Assembly (NCBI GenBank): GCA_965208575.1
Contig: CBDBOV010000006.1
Span: 160,001-224,000 of the forward strand
Direction of reading: 5' to 3'
Source: Spirochaetia bacterium
Lineage (GTDB): Bacteria > Spirochaetota > Spirochaetia > SZUA-6 > Bin103
DNA length: 64,000 bases
The notes beneath the pieces are model-generated. The model ran no database searches and had not been told where the DNA came from. It saw nothing but the letters and a program-made list of their open reading frames with translations. Made by a program: the position numbers and the translations under genes. The first letter of the stretch is position 1. Each line of letters starts with the position of its first letter. Below are positions 9,882-18,320 of this stretch, in pieces.

Positions 9882-10278
9882 ATGCAACCTCAGGGTTTGA
9901 TAGGAGAGGCCCTCGTAGGGTACAACACGCCGTTCGAAGAGTGGCCCGAAGAGGTCAAGAAGGCTTATACGTATGACCCGGAAGGAGCCGAGAAGCTCCT
10001 CGATGAGGCGGGATATCCACGCGGCGCGGACGGCATTCGATTGACGCCCACCATGACCGCTTTCGAGTTTGCCATTGATTACTTCGAACTCGTGGCCGGC
10101 TACTGGAAGGAAATCGGCGTTGACGTGGATGTGTCCATTCCGCCGGCGGGTGCTTACGGGGGCATGGTTCGTGAGGCGCAATACGGAGACATGGTCTCCT
10201 GGGCTGCTGCGGTCCAGTATCTTGCCCCGGTCGAGCCGATTGGCTACTACTACTCGGGGTCAAGCTGGAACCCCCCAC
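9882..10278 (+). pseudogene. Internal fragment of a family-5 ABC substrate-binding protein (cassette 0)
   Basis: GYNTPFEEWPEEVKKAYTYDPEGAEKLLDEAGYPRG nearly identical to 18321-20135; cut after WNPP by an IS end. Confidence 0.85.
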
Positions 10279-10480
10279 GGGTGCGAACGCCAAAAGCAGT
10301 AGCAAATCGTTGACCCCGGGGCCGAAAAAAGGTCTACCTACCCCACGACACCACTCCATGGGGAGGTAGACCATGAATACGGAAGGACTTATAGCAGCCG
10401 CCGGGGGGCTCGTCAAGGAGTTGCAAGGGCGCATCAACGGCGGCGGGATGGATCTCCAGGAGGCGGAAGCCAGGATCGGT
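10279..10480 (+). mobile_element. IS remnant (left end plus transposase-like N-terminus), possibly ISKra4/IS256-like
   Basis: Begins GGGTGCGAACGC, the same terminus as the 173-3231 element; GGAGG RBS then MNTEGLIAAAGGLVKELQGRINGGGMDLQEAEARI; family assignment is inference. Confidence 0.55.
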
Positions 10481-10514
10481 ACGAGCAGCAGCAGGCGCAG
10501 CCGGAAGACGTCAC

Positions 10515-11033
10515 GGGCTGGCCCACTTCCTGGCACGGCTGTGGCGGCGAGAAGCCGCTCGGCACCGCCGGCGGCGTGGTGGCCTCGCGGCTGGTCAGGG
10601 GCGCGGTGATCGCGGTCAAGGAGAACGACTACCTGCAGGCGGCCACGGCCACCGGCAGCACCCGGTTGGCAGCGCTGGTGCGCCACGTGCTGCCCAACGT
10701 GGCGGCGCCGATCATCGTGGTGTTCAGCATCAACATCGGCGCGGTGATCATCAGCGAGGCCAGCTTGAGCTTCCTCGGATTCGGTCTGCCGGTTGAGATT
10801 CCGAGCTGGGGACGCTGCTGAGCCGGGACGGGCGCAAGTACATGGAGCAGGCGCCGTGGCTGGCGCTGTGGCCCGGCCTGTGCCTGACCCTGACCGTCTA
10901 CAGCCTCAACATGTTCGGCGACGCCGTCCGCGACCTGCTCGACCCGCGCCTCCGCGGCGGCGGCGGACGCCTCGGCACCCACCGCGGCCGCACGCCTCAA
11001 CCAGGGTCCGGTCGCCGCCGGTCACTCGGGTGA
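10515..11033 (+). pseudogene. Deleted DppC-like ABC permease (cassette 0)
   Basis: EKPLGTAGGVV fused directly to ASRLVRGAVIAVKEND via shared GGCGGCGTGGT; extra frameshift ~10810. Confidence 0.85.
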
Positions 11034-11120
11034 GGATTGTCAATTCACGGCATTTACGGCAGTTGTTGCGTTTGCGACGTTTATCGGTTACCCTTGGGTA
11101 CAGATACGGGGAGGATCTGT

Positions 11121-11583
11121 GATGGATGATCACGGGCCGGTCAGTTTCACGGAAACGCCGATGCCAGATGATCGGGACGTGACGCTCGCCGCGCGCACGA
11201 GCCGGAAGCTTGCGGCGCTGAACGACAGCTCCGAGCCGGTACCGGTACGGTTCGGGATAGTCGAGACGGAGACCGTACACCTTCCCGCTCCGGCGATGCG
11301 GCTTCTCCGCGAAATCCTGGACCAGATGGCGCGCGGCCATGGGGTGGCGCTGGCACCCGTCCATGCCGAGTTGACCACACGGCAGGCTGCGAATCTCCTG
11401 CAAGTGTCGCGGACTCATCTGGTGCAACTGCTCGATGAAGGAAAAATCCCCTGTCGGAAAGTGGGTTCGCACCGGCGCGTGCGAACCCAGGATATCATCG
11501 CCTATCGTCGTGACACCCAGTCTCACCGGCGGGACGCGCTGAACGAGTTGACTGCACATGATCAAGAGCTCGGTCTGCAGTAG
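11121..11583 (+). CDS. Excisionase-like HTH DNA-binding protein (putative antitoxin)
   Basis: ELTTRQAANLLQVSRTHLVQLLDEGKIP..VGSHRRV; GGAGG RBS; directly upstream of PIN gene; start uncertain within a few nt (11119-11122). Confidence 0.85.
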
Positions 11584-11586
11584 CGA

Positions 11587-12156
11587 ATGCAGCACTGGAC
11601 GGCGCTGCTCGACGCCAATGTCTTGTACCAGGCGGGCGTCCGGGACATCTTGCTGCGCTTGGCGGATCGGGGCCTGTTCACACCGCTGTGGACGGCACAG
11701 ATCCATGACGAGTGGATCAGAAACCTTATCTCGGACCGCCCGGATCTGACCGCCGCCAAGCTGCAGCGAACAAGGTCGAAGATGGACGAGTACTTCCCCG
11801 AGGCCCTGTTCACCGGCTACGAAAGCCTCATACCAGGGCTTGATCTCCCCGACCCGAGAGACCGCCACGTCCTGGCGGCTGCGATCCGCGCCCGAGCCGA
11901 CGTGATTGTAACCCGGAATCTGCGTGACTTTCCGGCGGACAGATTGACCCCGCACGGGCTGCTGGCGCAGCATCCCGACGAGTTCATCATGGGCCTCCTC
12001 GATGCACGGCATGAAGAGGTGCTCGCTGCGGTTCGCGACCATCGTACCGCGTTGAGAAATCCACCGCGATCGCCTGAGGAGCATTTGGCGGCGCTTGAGA
12101 GCCTCGGCTTGGCGCGGTCCGTCTCCATGCTGCGCGATTACATGGACACAATATAG
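11587..12156 (+). CDS. PIN domain protein (PIN_3 type toxin)
   Basis: ALLDANVLY; LPDPRDRHVLAAAI..ADVIVTRNLRDFP. Confidence 0.9.
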   Translation: MQHWTALLDANVLYQAGVRDILLRLADRGLFTPLWTAQIHDEWIRNLISDRPDLTAAKLQRTRSKMDEYFPEALFTGYESLIPGLDLPDPRDRHVLAAAIRARADVIVTRNLRDFPADRLTPHGLLAQHPDEFIMGLLDARHEEVLAAVRDHRTALRNPPRSPEEHLAALESLGLARSVSMLRDYMDTI

Positions 12157-12279
12157 CCCGCGAATCCGGCGGCACGCACCGGCACGCCTTCACGGACCGC
12201 GATATCGGGTACGCGCGCGACCCTGCCGCCGGGCGCCTCGCCGCTCTCGGTACGACGCCCACCGCGGTGGAAGGCCGTT

Positions 12280-12803
12280 GCTCGAAACGCGCGGTTGACA
12301 GGCTGCGGCGGGCGGTGCATGGTGATCATTCAAGGTTCGGACTCGTGCGGACGATGCGTAACCATAGCACTCAGCGCTGCTACCAGTTGACGCAACCGGT
12401 ACGCCCCCCCCCAGCATCGGTCGCGTAAATCTTTCAAGCGTAAACAGTAACACCAACCACCGGGCCGCGTTATCGAGCGCCTGCGCGCGCGTCGAACACC
12501 GCAGACCCCTTCCCGCCATCTCCAATCCCCCGGCGTTGCCGGACATGGGAACAAGCCACCGGCGAGCCGCCGCTACGCCTCCAATTGGCGTGCGCCTGCG
12601 ACCGTCCGGTCCGCGTACGAGGGGGTGCACGTGAAGAAGTAATCCACACCGCGGGTCGCGGTCGACGCCGTGGCCAACTCGAAGCTGTCGCCCTCGTCGG
12701 AATCGCCCGCGCCGCACACGGCGCGGACCGGCACGCACGCCACGAGAGCAGGCGAGGGAGCGGCACTGAAGTGCGTGTTCTCGAAAACAGAGGAGATCAA
12801 TTC
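12280..12803 (+). promoter_or_regulatory. Conserved ~520-bp promoter/leader upstream of SBP (copy A)
   Basis: Near-identical copy at 17798-18320 and partial copy at 22872-22975; TTGACA (12295-12300)-17 nt-CATGGT; internal poly-C tract. Confidence 0.7.
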
Positions 12804-14612
12804 ATGAACCTTGTCACGTTCAGAACGTGCCTCGCCGTGCTGGCGAGCCTGGCCATTGCCGCAACCGGCGCCTGGGCCGGCGGCGAAGAGGAGCAGCCGG
12901 CCGCGGCGATGGAGAAGGAGATGGTGCTCGATCCGACGACCGGCAAGATGGTGTCCGCGCCGGAGTACGGCGGGACACTGACCTTCGCCGTCAAGCTGGA
13001 GCCGCCGAGCGCTGACCCCATGTTCGGCAGTGGGGCGGCGCGGGGGCCCGATGGCGTTACCGAGAAGCTGGGCATGGTCAACTGGGGAATCGACAGGAGC
13101 GTGAATGACCTCACCAGTGCGTTCTTCTACTTGCCTCTGTCTATCCTGACAGGACGCCTGGCGGAAAGCTGGGAAACGCCGGACGCCACCACGATGGTCT
13201 TCAACATCCGCCAGGGTGTTCGTTGGCACGATAAGGAACCGATGAACGGTCGCGAGTTCACTGCCCAAGATGTCGAGTATAACTTCCACCGTATGACAGG
13301 AAGTGGCAGCGGCTTCAGCGAACCCCCTGGAGGCTTCGCTGGCGAGATCGCCACTGCCATTCCATTCGAATCGATCACGGCCACCGACAAGCACACTGTT
13401 GTGATGAAGCTGGAACGACCAACCGTCGGGGCGCTATCGACGATCCTCACCAACTATGCGGTCTTTATCATGCCCCCCGAGGTAATCAGGCAACACGGCG
13501 ACGTGAAGGACTGGAGGAACCTGGTCGGCACCGGGCCCTTTATGATGACGGACTGGGTGGACGGCAGCTCGCAGACCTGGATCAGGAATCCGGACTACTG
13601 GGGCTTCGACGAAAAATACCCACAGAATCGGCTCCCCTATTTCGACGGCTTGAATGGTCTGATCATGAAAGAAGACGCCACTATTCTGGCGGCGCTGCGC
13701 TCCGGTCAGTTGGATTACGTCGGTCTGACTGGCGCCGCCGAAATGATCTATACCGCCCAGAAAGAGAATCTCGAGGGGACCAATCCCGACATGGCATTCT
13801 ACCCGTATGGGGCTCGCTCGGAAAATGCTTTCGCTTTCAACATGGGCGCGGACAACCCGCTCACCAAAGACGTGAGGGTGCGCCAGGCGATGCAGATGGC
13901 ACTCGACCTCGAGACGATGAACGATACCTACTTCAAGGGAGTATCCAAGTGGGTGCCCATGGGCTTGGTGGGCCCTGCCGTCGGCGGGACGCCCTTTGAA
14001 GAGTGGCCCGAAGAGGTCAGGAAAACCTTTATGTATGACCCGGAAGGGGCCGAAGCGTTGCTCGACGCGGCTGGATATCCGCGCGGCGGCGACGGCATGA
14101 GATTCGAGGTCGCGCTGGAACACTACGAGATGTTCGACGTCGACTATACGCAATTGGCTGCCGCCTACTGGAAGGAGATCGGCGTTGACGTGCAGATTAC
14201 TGTAGCGGAACGAAGTGCACACATGGCTCACATACGCGAACATTCGTACGGAGACATGGCCTCCTGGATTGCTGGCGTCGAGTATCTTTCTCCCGCCATC
14301 CCGGTAGCCTGGGGTTACTCGGAGTCAGCATGGAACCCTCCGAACCTCAACGACCCGGAATACGACCGCCTGTATGAAGCCGCCCGCGACGCTGCAACCG
14401 AGGAGGAGCAGCTGCGGTGGGCCAATCTGGCGGACATGTACATGATAGAGAACCACGTGTATGTGTGGGGTCCCACAGACCCCAAGTTCAACGCGGTCCA
14501 GCCCTGGCTCAAGGGGTATAACGGTGAATCGATGTTGGGAGGCGATGACCGGGTGGCCCTGTTCTCCCGCCTCTGGTTTGACAACGATCTGATGAAAGAA
14601 ATGGGTCAGTAG
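12804..14612 (+). CDS. ABC transporter substrate-binding protein, family 5 (cassette 1)
   Basis: Signal peptide; GAGGAG RBS; LAESWE, IRQGVRWHD, GTGPF, RNPDYW, VRVRQAM motifs. Confidence 0.93.
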   Translation: MNLVTFRTCLAVLASLAIAATGAWAGGEEEQPAAAMEKEMVLDPTTGKMVSAPEYGGTLTFAVKLEPPSADPMFGSGAARGPDGVTEKLGMVNWGIDRSVNDLTSAFFYLPLSILTGRLAESWETPDATTMVFNIRQGVRWHDKEPMNGREFTAQDVEYNFHRMTGSGSGFSEPPGGFAGEIATAIPFESITATDKHTVVMKLERPTVGALSTILTNYAVFIMPPEVIRQHGDVKDWRNLVGTGPFMMTDWVDGSSQTWIRNPDYWGFDEKYPQNRLPYFDGLNGLIMKEDATILAALRSGQLDYVGLTGAAEMIYTAQKENLEGTNPDMAFYPYGARSENAFAFNMGADNPLTKDVRVRQAMQMALDLETMNDTYFKGVSKWVPMGLVGPAVGGTPFEEWPEEVRKTFMYDPEGAEALLDAAGYPRGGDGMRFEVALEHYEMFDVDYTQLAAAYWKEIGVDVQITVAERSAHMAHIREHSYGDMASWIAGVEYLSPAIPVAWGYSESAWNPPNLNDPEYDRLYEAARDAATEEEQLRWANLADMYMIENHVYVWGPTDPKFNAVQPWLKGYNGESMLGGDDRVALFSRLWFDNDLMKEMGQ

Positions 14613-14700
14613 GGGCCTCGCCCTTGTAGCTGCCCCAGGGAGAGCGGAGAGGCTCACGCTCAAGCCGCTTCCGAGCGCCGCTTCTCGGCTCTCCCACCCA
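14613..14700 (+). promoter_or_regulatory. Conserved intercistronic stem-loop between SBP and permease
   Basis: GGGAGAGC (14638-14645) pairs with GCTCTCCC (14688-14695); equivalent stems at ~20164-20224 and ~26523-26570. Confidence 0.65.
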
Positions 14701-14719
14701 TTTCGGCCTCCGACTGCCC

Positions 14720-15676
14720 ATGAGAGCCTATGTTATTCGGCGTTTGCTGCTCGTCATCCCTACGCTCTTCATATTGAGCGTTCTGGTCTTCCTCTCGGCC
14801 CGCTTCATCCCTGGCGACATAGTCGACACCATGGTGGCGTCAGACCAGAACCCGGCGGCTGGGGTAGACCGTGAGGCGCTTCTGCGTGCGTTGGGATTGG
14901 ACGTGCCGGTCCACGTGCAGTATGGCCGCTGGTTGCAGGGCATTATCCTGCGCGGCACCCTCGGCGACTCACTGCTCGGGAAATGGTCGGTCGAGGAAAA
15001 GATCGTGGGCAGGCTCCCGGTCACGCTGGAGCTCGGCTTCCTGGCGCTCTTGATCGGGCTGGTGCTGGGCGTGCCGATCGGCATCTGGTCGGCGATTCGC
15101 CAGGATACCACCGTTGACTACGCGGGCCGTTCGGTCGCCATCCTCGGCTTGGCCACGCCCAACTTCTGGCTCGGCATCATGGTTATGACCTATCCGGTGA
15201 TCTGGTGGGGCTGGTCGCCGCCGATGCAACTGATAGCGTTCGCCGATGACCCGCTCGGGAATCTCGAGATGTTCCTCATTCCCAGCCTGATCCTGGGGAC
15301 GGCCCTTTCGGCAGCCACCATGCGGATGACGCGCACCATGATGCTCGAGGTGCTCCGCCAGGACTATATCCGGACGGCCTGGTCCAAGGGACTGAGGGAG
15401 CGGGTCGTCGTCGTACGGCACGCCATCAAGAACGCCCTCATCCCGGTAGTGACCCTGATTGGCCTGCAGTTGCCGATCCTGGTAGGTGGCGCCGTCATCA
15501 TGGAGAACATCTTCAACCTGCCGGGCCTCGGCCGCCTGATGCTGACCGCGCTCACCGACCGCGACTACCCGGTCATCTCTGGCATAAACATGTTCTTCGC
15601 AACGGTGGTGGTGGCGATCAATCTCGTCATCGACCTGGTCTACGGCTACCTGGATCCCCGGGTCCGGTACACGTAG
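14720..15676 (+). CDS. ABC permease, DppB/OppB-like
   Basis: PGD..GLDVP..QY; EAA-type loop EVLRQDYIRTAWSKGL; YGYLDPRVRY. Confidence 0.93.
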   Translation: MRAYVIRRLLLVIPTLFILSVLVFLSARFIPGDIVDTMVASDQNPAAGVDREALLRALGLDVPVHVQYGRWLQGIILRGTLGDSLLGKWSVEEKIVGRLPVTLELGFLALLIGLVLGVPIGIWSAIRQDTTVDYAGRSVAILGLATPNFWLGIMVMTYPVIWWGWSPPMQLIAFADDPLGNLEMFLIPSLILGTALSAATMRMTRTMMLEVLRQDYIRTAWSKGLRERVVVVRHAIKNALIPVVTLIGLQLPILVGGAVIMENIFNLPGLGRLMLTALTDRDYPVISGINMFFATVVVAINLVIDLVYGYLDPRVRYT

Positions 15677-15695
15677 CCGGGCAGAGGAACAGCGC

Positions 15696-16616
15696 ATGGG
15701 TGACGGACTGGCCCGCTTCCTGGCCCGGCTGTGGCGCGAGAAGCCGCTCGGCGCCGCCGGCGGCGTGGTCGTACTGGCCTTGATCCTGGTCGCGATCTTC
15801 GCCGACCTGCTGGCCCCCTACCCGTTCGATGCAGTGAACCTGAAAGCCCTGCTCACCCCGCCGTCAGCCGAACACCTGATGGGAACCGACCAGTTGGGGC
15901 GCGACTACTTGAGCCGCAACATCCACGGGGCTCGTATCTCCATGTTCGTGGGGCTGCTGGCGACCAGCCTCAACGTCCTCGTCGCCGTGCTGATCGGCGG
16001 CACGGCCGGGTTCTTCGGCGGCAAGCTGGACCTGATGGTGCAGCGCTTCGTCGATGCCTGGATGGCGTTTCCGGGGCTGCTGCTGTTGCTTACGATCATG
16101 TCGCTGGTGGGGCAGGGCCTGCTGCAACTGATCCTGGTGCTGGGCGTCTCGGGCGGCGTGGTGGCCTCGCGGCTGGTCCGAGCCGCTGTGATCGCGGTCA
16201 AGGAGAACGACTACCTGCAGGCGGCCACCGCCACCGGCAGCACCCGGATGGCAGCGCTGGTGCGCCACGTGCTGCCCAACGTGGCGGCGCCGATCATCGT
16301 CGTGTTCAGCATCAACATCGGCGCCGTTATCATCAGCGAGGCCAGCTTGAGCTTCCTGGGCTTCGGCCTGTCGCCCGAGATTCCGAGCTGGGGGACGCTG
16401 CTGAGCCGGGACGGCCGCAAGTACATGGAGCAGGCGCCGTGGCTGGCGCTGTGGCCCGGCCTGTGCCTGACCCTCACCGTCTACAGCCTCAACATGTTCG
16501 GCGACGCCGTCCGCGACCTGCTCGACCCGCGCCTCCGCGGCGGCGGCGGGCGCCTCGGCACCCACCGCGGCCGGGCGCCGCAGCCCGGGTCCGGTCGCCG
16601 CCGGTCGCACCGGTGA
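15696..16616 (+). CDS. ABC permease, DppC/OppC-like
   Basis: HLMGTDQLGRD..GARISM; HVLPN; EASLSFLGFG; GDAVRDLLDPR. Confidence 0.93.
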   Translation: MGDGLARFLARLWREKPLGAAGGVVVLALILVAIFADLLAPYPFDAVNLKALLTPPSAEHLMGTDQLGRDYLSRNIHGARISMFVGLLATSLNVLVAVLIGGTAGFFGGKLDLMVQRFVDAWMAFPGLLLLLTIMSLVGQGLLQLILVLGVSGGVVASRLVRAAVIAVKENDYLQAATATGSTRMAALVRHVLPNVAAPIIVVFSINIGAVIISEASLSFLGFGLSPEIPSWGTLLSRDGRKYMEQAPWLALWPGLCLTLTVYSLNMFGDAVRDLLDPRLRGGGGRLGTHRGRAPQPGSGRRRSHR

Positions 16617-16739
16617 GCGCACATGGCCGATCCCGACGACGCTGACCGGCCAGCGCCAATCGCACCGGTCCGCGCCAGTCTGCGCCACGTTGACGCCGTT
16701 GACATCGACTCACGTGACACCTACCGTGGCCGCCAAGCC

Positions 16740-17723
16740 ATGGCCGGCGAGGTCTCCAAGCCCCACGATCACTTGTTCCGTTCCGTGTTCGGAGAGGACA
16801 AGGAATCCGAGGCAGCCAGCCTGCTGCAAGCCTACCTGCCGCCGGCGGTGAGCCGCGAGTTGCTGTGGTCGAGCCTGGAGTGGCAGCCAGCGAGCTTCAT
16901 CGACGACCGCCTGCGCGACAGCGAATCGGACCTGCTGTACGCGATCCGGCGCAAGGCCGGCGGTGCCGCGGCGTGGCTGTATGTGCTGCTGGAGCACCAG
17001 TCGACCCCGGACCCGTGGTTGCGGCTGCGGCTGCTGAAGTACAGCATCCGGATCTGGGAACGTGACCGGCGACGGCATCCGACGGAGGACCGGTTGCGCC
17101 CGATCGTGCCGCTGGTTCTGTACCAGGGCGGGCGCGTGTGGCGAGAAGCGCGCGAGTTTGCGGAGCTGTTTTCCGAGGCGGTGCGGGATTGGCCGGGAGT
17201 GCCGCGCTACGCGCACCTGCTGATCGACCAGACACAGGCTGGACCGGAGGAGTTGCGCGGGCAGTTGCTCGGTCGCATCGCGCAACTGGCGATGATGGCG
17301 GCATACCGGGCGAGTTGGCCGGTGTTGCAGCGGCTGGTGCCGATGCTGGCGGAGTTGGCGCAGGTGGGCGACAGCGAAGACCTGCAGCGGATCGTGGTGT
17401 ACATTGCAACCACGACGCGGGAAGCGGAGCGCTGGCACAGATTCGCGGAGGCAGTACGGCGAGGGGTGCCGGGAGGTGGAGAACTGATGAACAAGACCGA
17501 GGAGATGATCGAGATCTACGGCGACAGAAGGGAGCGCGAAGGCCGTCAGGAGGGCCGCCAGGAAGGTGAATTGCGCGGCAAGGTGCAGACCATCGAGGGA
17601 TTCGTGGCACGCGATGTCCCCTGGTCCATCATCGAAGCGGCCACCGGAATCGACAAGGCCACCTTCAACCGGCTCAAGCACCGACTCGACACCGCTGACG
17701 GCGGCGGCACCCCCTCCAACTGA
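16740..17723 (+). CDS. Rpn/YhgA-like PD-(D/E)XK nuclease (recombination-promoting nuclease family)
   Basis: PHDHLF, SFIDDRLRDSESDLLY, YVLLEHQS, PIVPLVLYQG, C-terminal EGRQEGRQEG. Confidence 0.92.
   Translation: MAGEVSKPHDHLFRSVFGEDKESEAASLLQAYLPPAVSRELLWSSLEWQPASFIDDRLRDSESDLLYAIRRKAGGAAAWLYVLLEHQSTPDPWLRLRLLKYSIRIWERDRRRHPTEDRLRPIVPLVLYQGGRVWREAREFAELFSEAVRDWPGVPRYAHLLIDQTQAGPEELRGQLLGRIAQLAMMAAYRASWPVLQRLVPMLAELAQVGDSEDLQRIVVYIATTTREAERWHRFAEAVRRGVPGGGELMNKTEEMIEIYGDRREREGRQEGRQEGELRGKVQTIEGFVARDVPWSIIEAATGIDKATFNRLKHRLDTADGGGTPSN
17487..17723 (+). CDS. Predicted intragenic small Rpn protein (RpnS-type antitoxin), in frame inside the Rpn gene
   Basis: GGAGGTGGAGAACTG-ATG at 17472-17489 immediately before the variable C-terminal domain (MNKTEEMIEIY.., 78 aa). 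Confidence 0.65.
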   Translation: MNKTEEMIEIYGDRREREGRQEGRQEGELRGKVQTIEGFVARDVPWSIIEAATGIDKATFNRLKHRLDTADGGGTPSN

Positions 17724-17797
17724 ACCAAGCCCCGCTTCCGGCAGTATGACACGAGGGTGACACAGGGGCGTCCGGTGGACAAGGCCGCCGCTAAAAT

Positions 17798-18320
17798 GCT
17801 CGAAACGCGCGGTTGACAGGCTGCGGCGGGCGGTGCATGGTGATCATTCAAGGTTCGGACTCGTGCGGACGATGCGTAACCATAGCACTCAGCGCTGCTA
17901 CCAGTTGACGCAACCGGTACGCCCCCCCCCCCCGGCATCGGTCGCGTAAATCTTTCAAGCGTAAACGGTAACACCAACCACCGGGCCCCGTTGTCGGGCG
18001 CCTCCGCGCGCGTCGAACACCGCAGACCCCTTCCCGCCATCTCCAATCCCCCGGCGTCGCCGGACATGGGAACAAGCCACCGGCGAGCCGCCGCTACGCC
18101 TGAGGTCGGCGCGTCTGCGACCGTCCGGTCCGCGTACGAGGGGGTGCACGTGATGTAATCCACGCCGCGGCCCGCGATCGACGCCGTGGTCAACTCGAAG
18201 CTGTCGCCCTCATCGGAATCGCCTGCGCCGCGCACGGCGCAGACCGGCACACACGCCACGGGAACAGGCGAGGGAGCGGCACTGAAGTGCGTGTTCTCGA
18301 AAAACACAGGAGACCAATTC
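17798..18320 (+). promoter_or_regulatory. Conserved promoter/leader upstream of SBP (copy B)
   Basis: Near-identical to 12280-12803; TTGACA at 17813-17818; C12 tract versus C9 in copy A. Confidence 0.7.

Noticed and set aside
12330-12554. 74/75-aa minus-strand ORF present in both leader copies
   Set aside because: Conservation is explained by DNA duplication; starts at a non-ATG codon with no RBS and atypical composition. The 3-nt poly-C difference keeps the frame, so it is not fully excluded
12585-12803. N-terminal extensions of the SBP ORFs (from 12585 and 18186)
   Set aside because: The two copies extend in different frames; SD and signal peptide place the starts at 12804 and 18321
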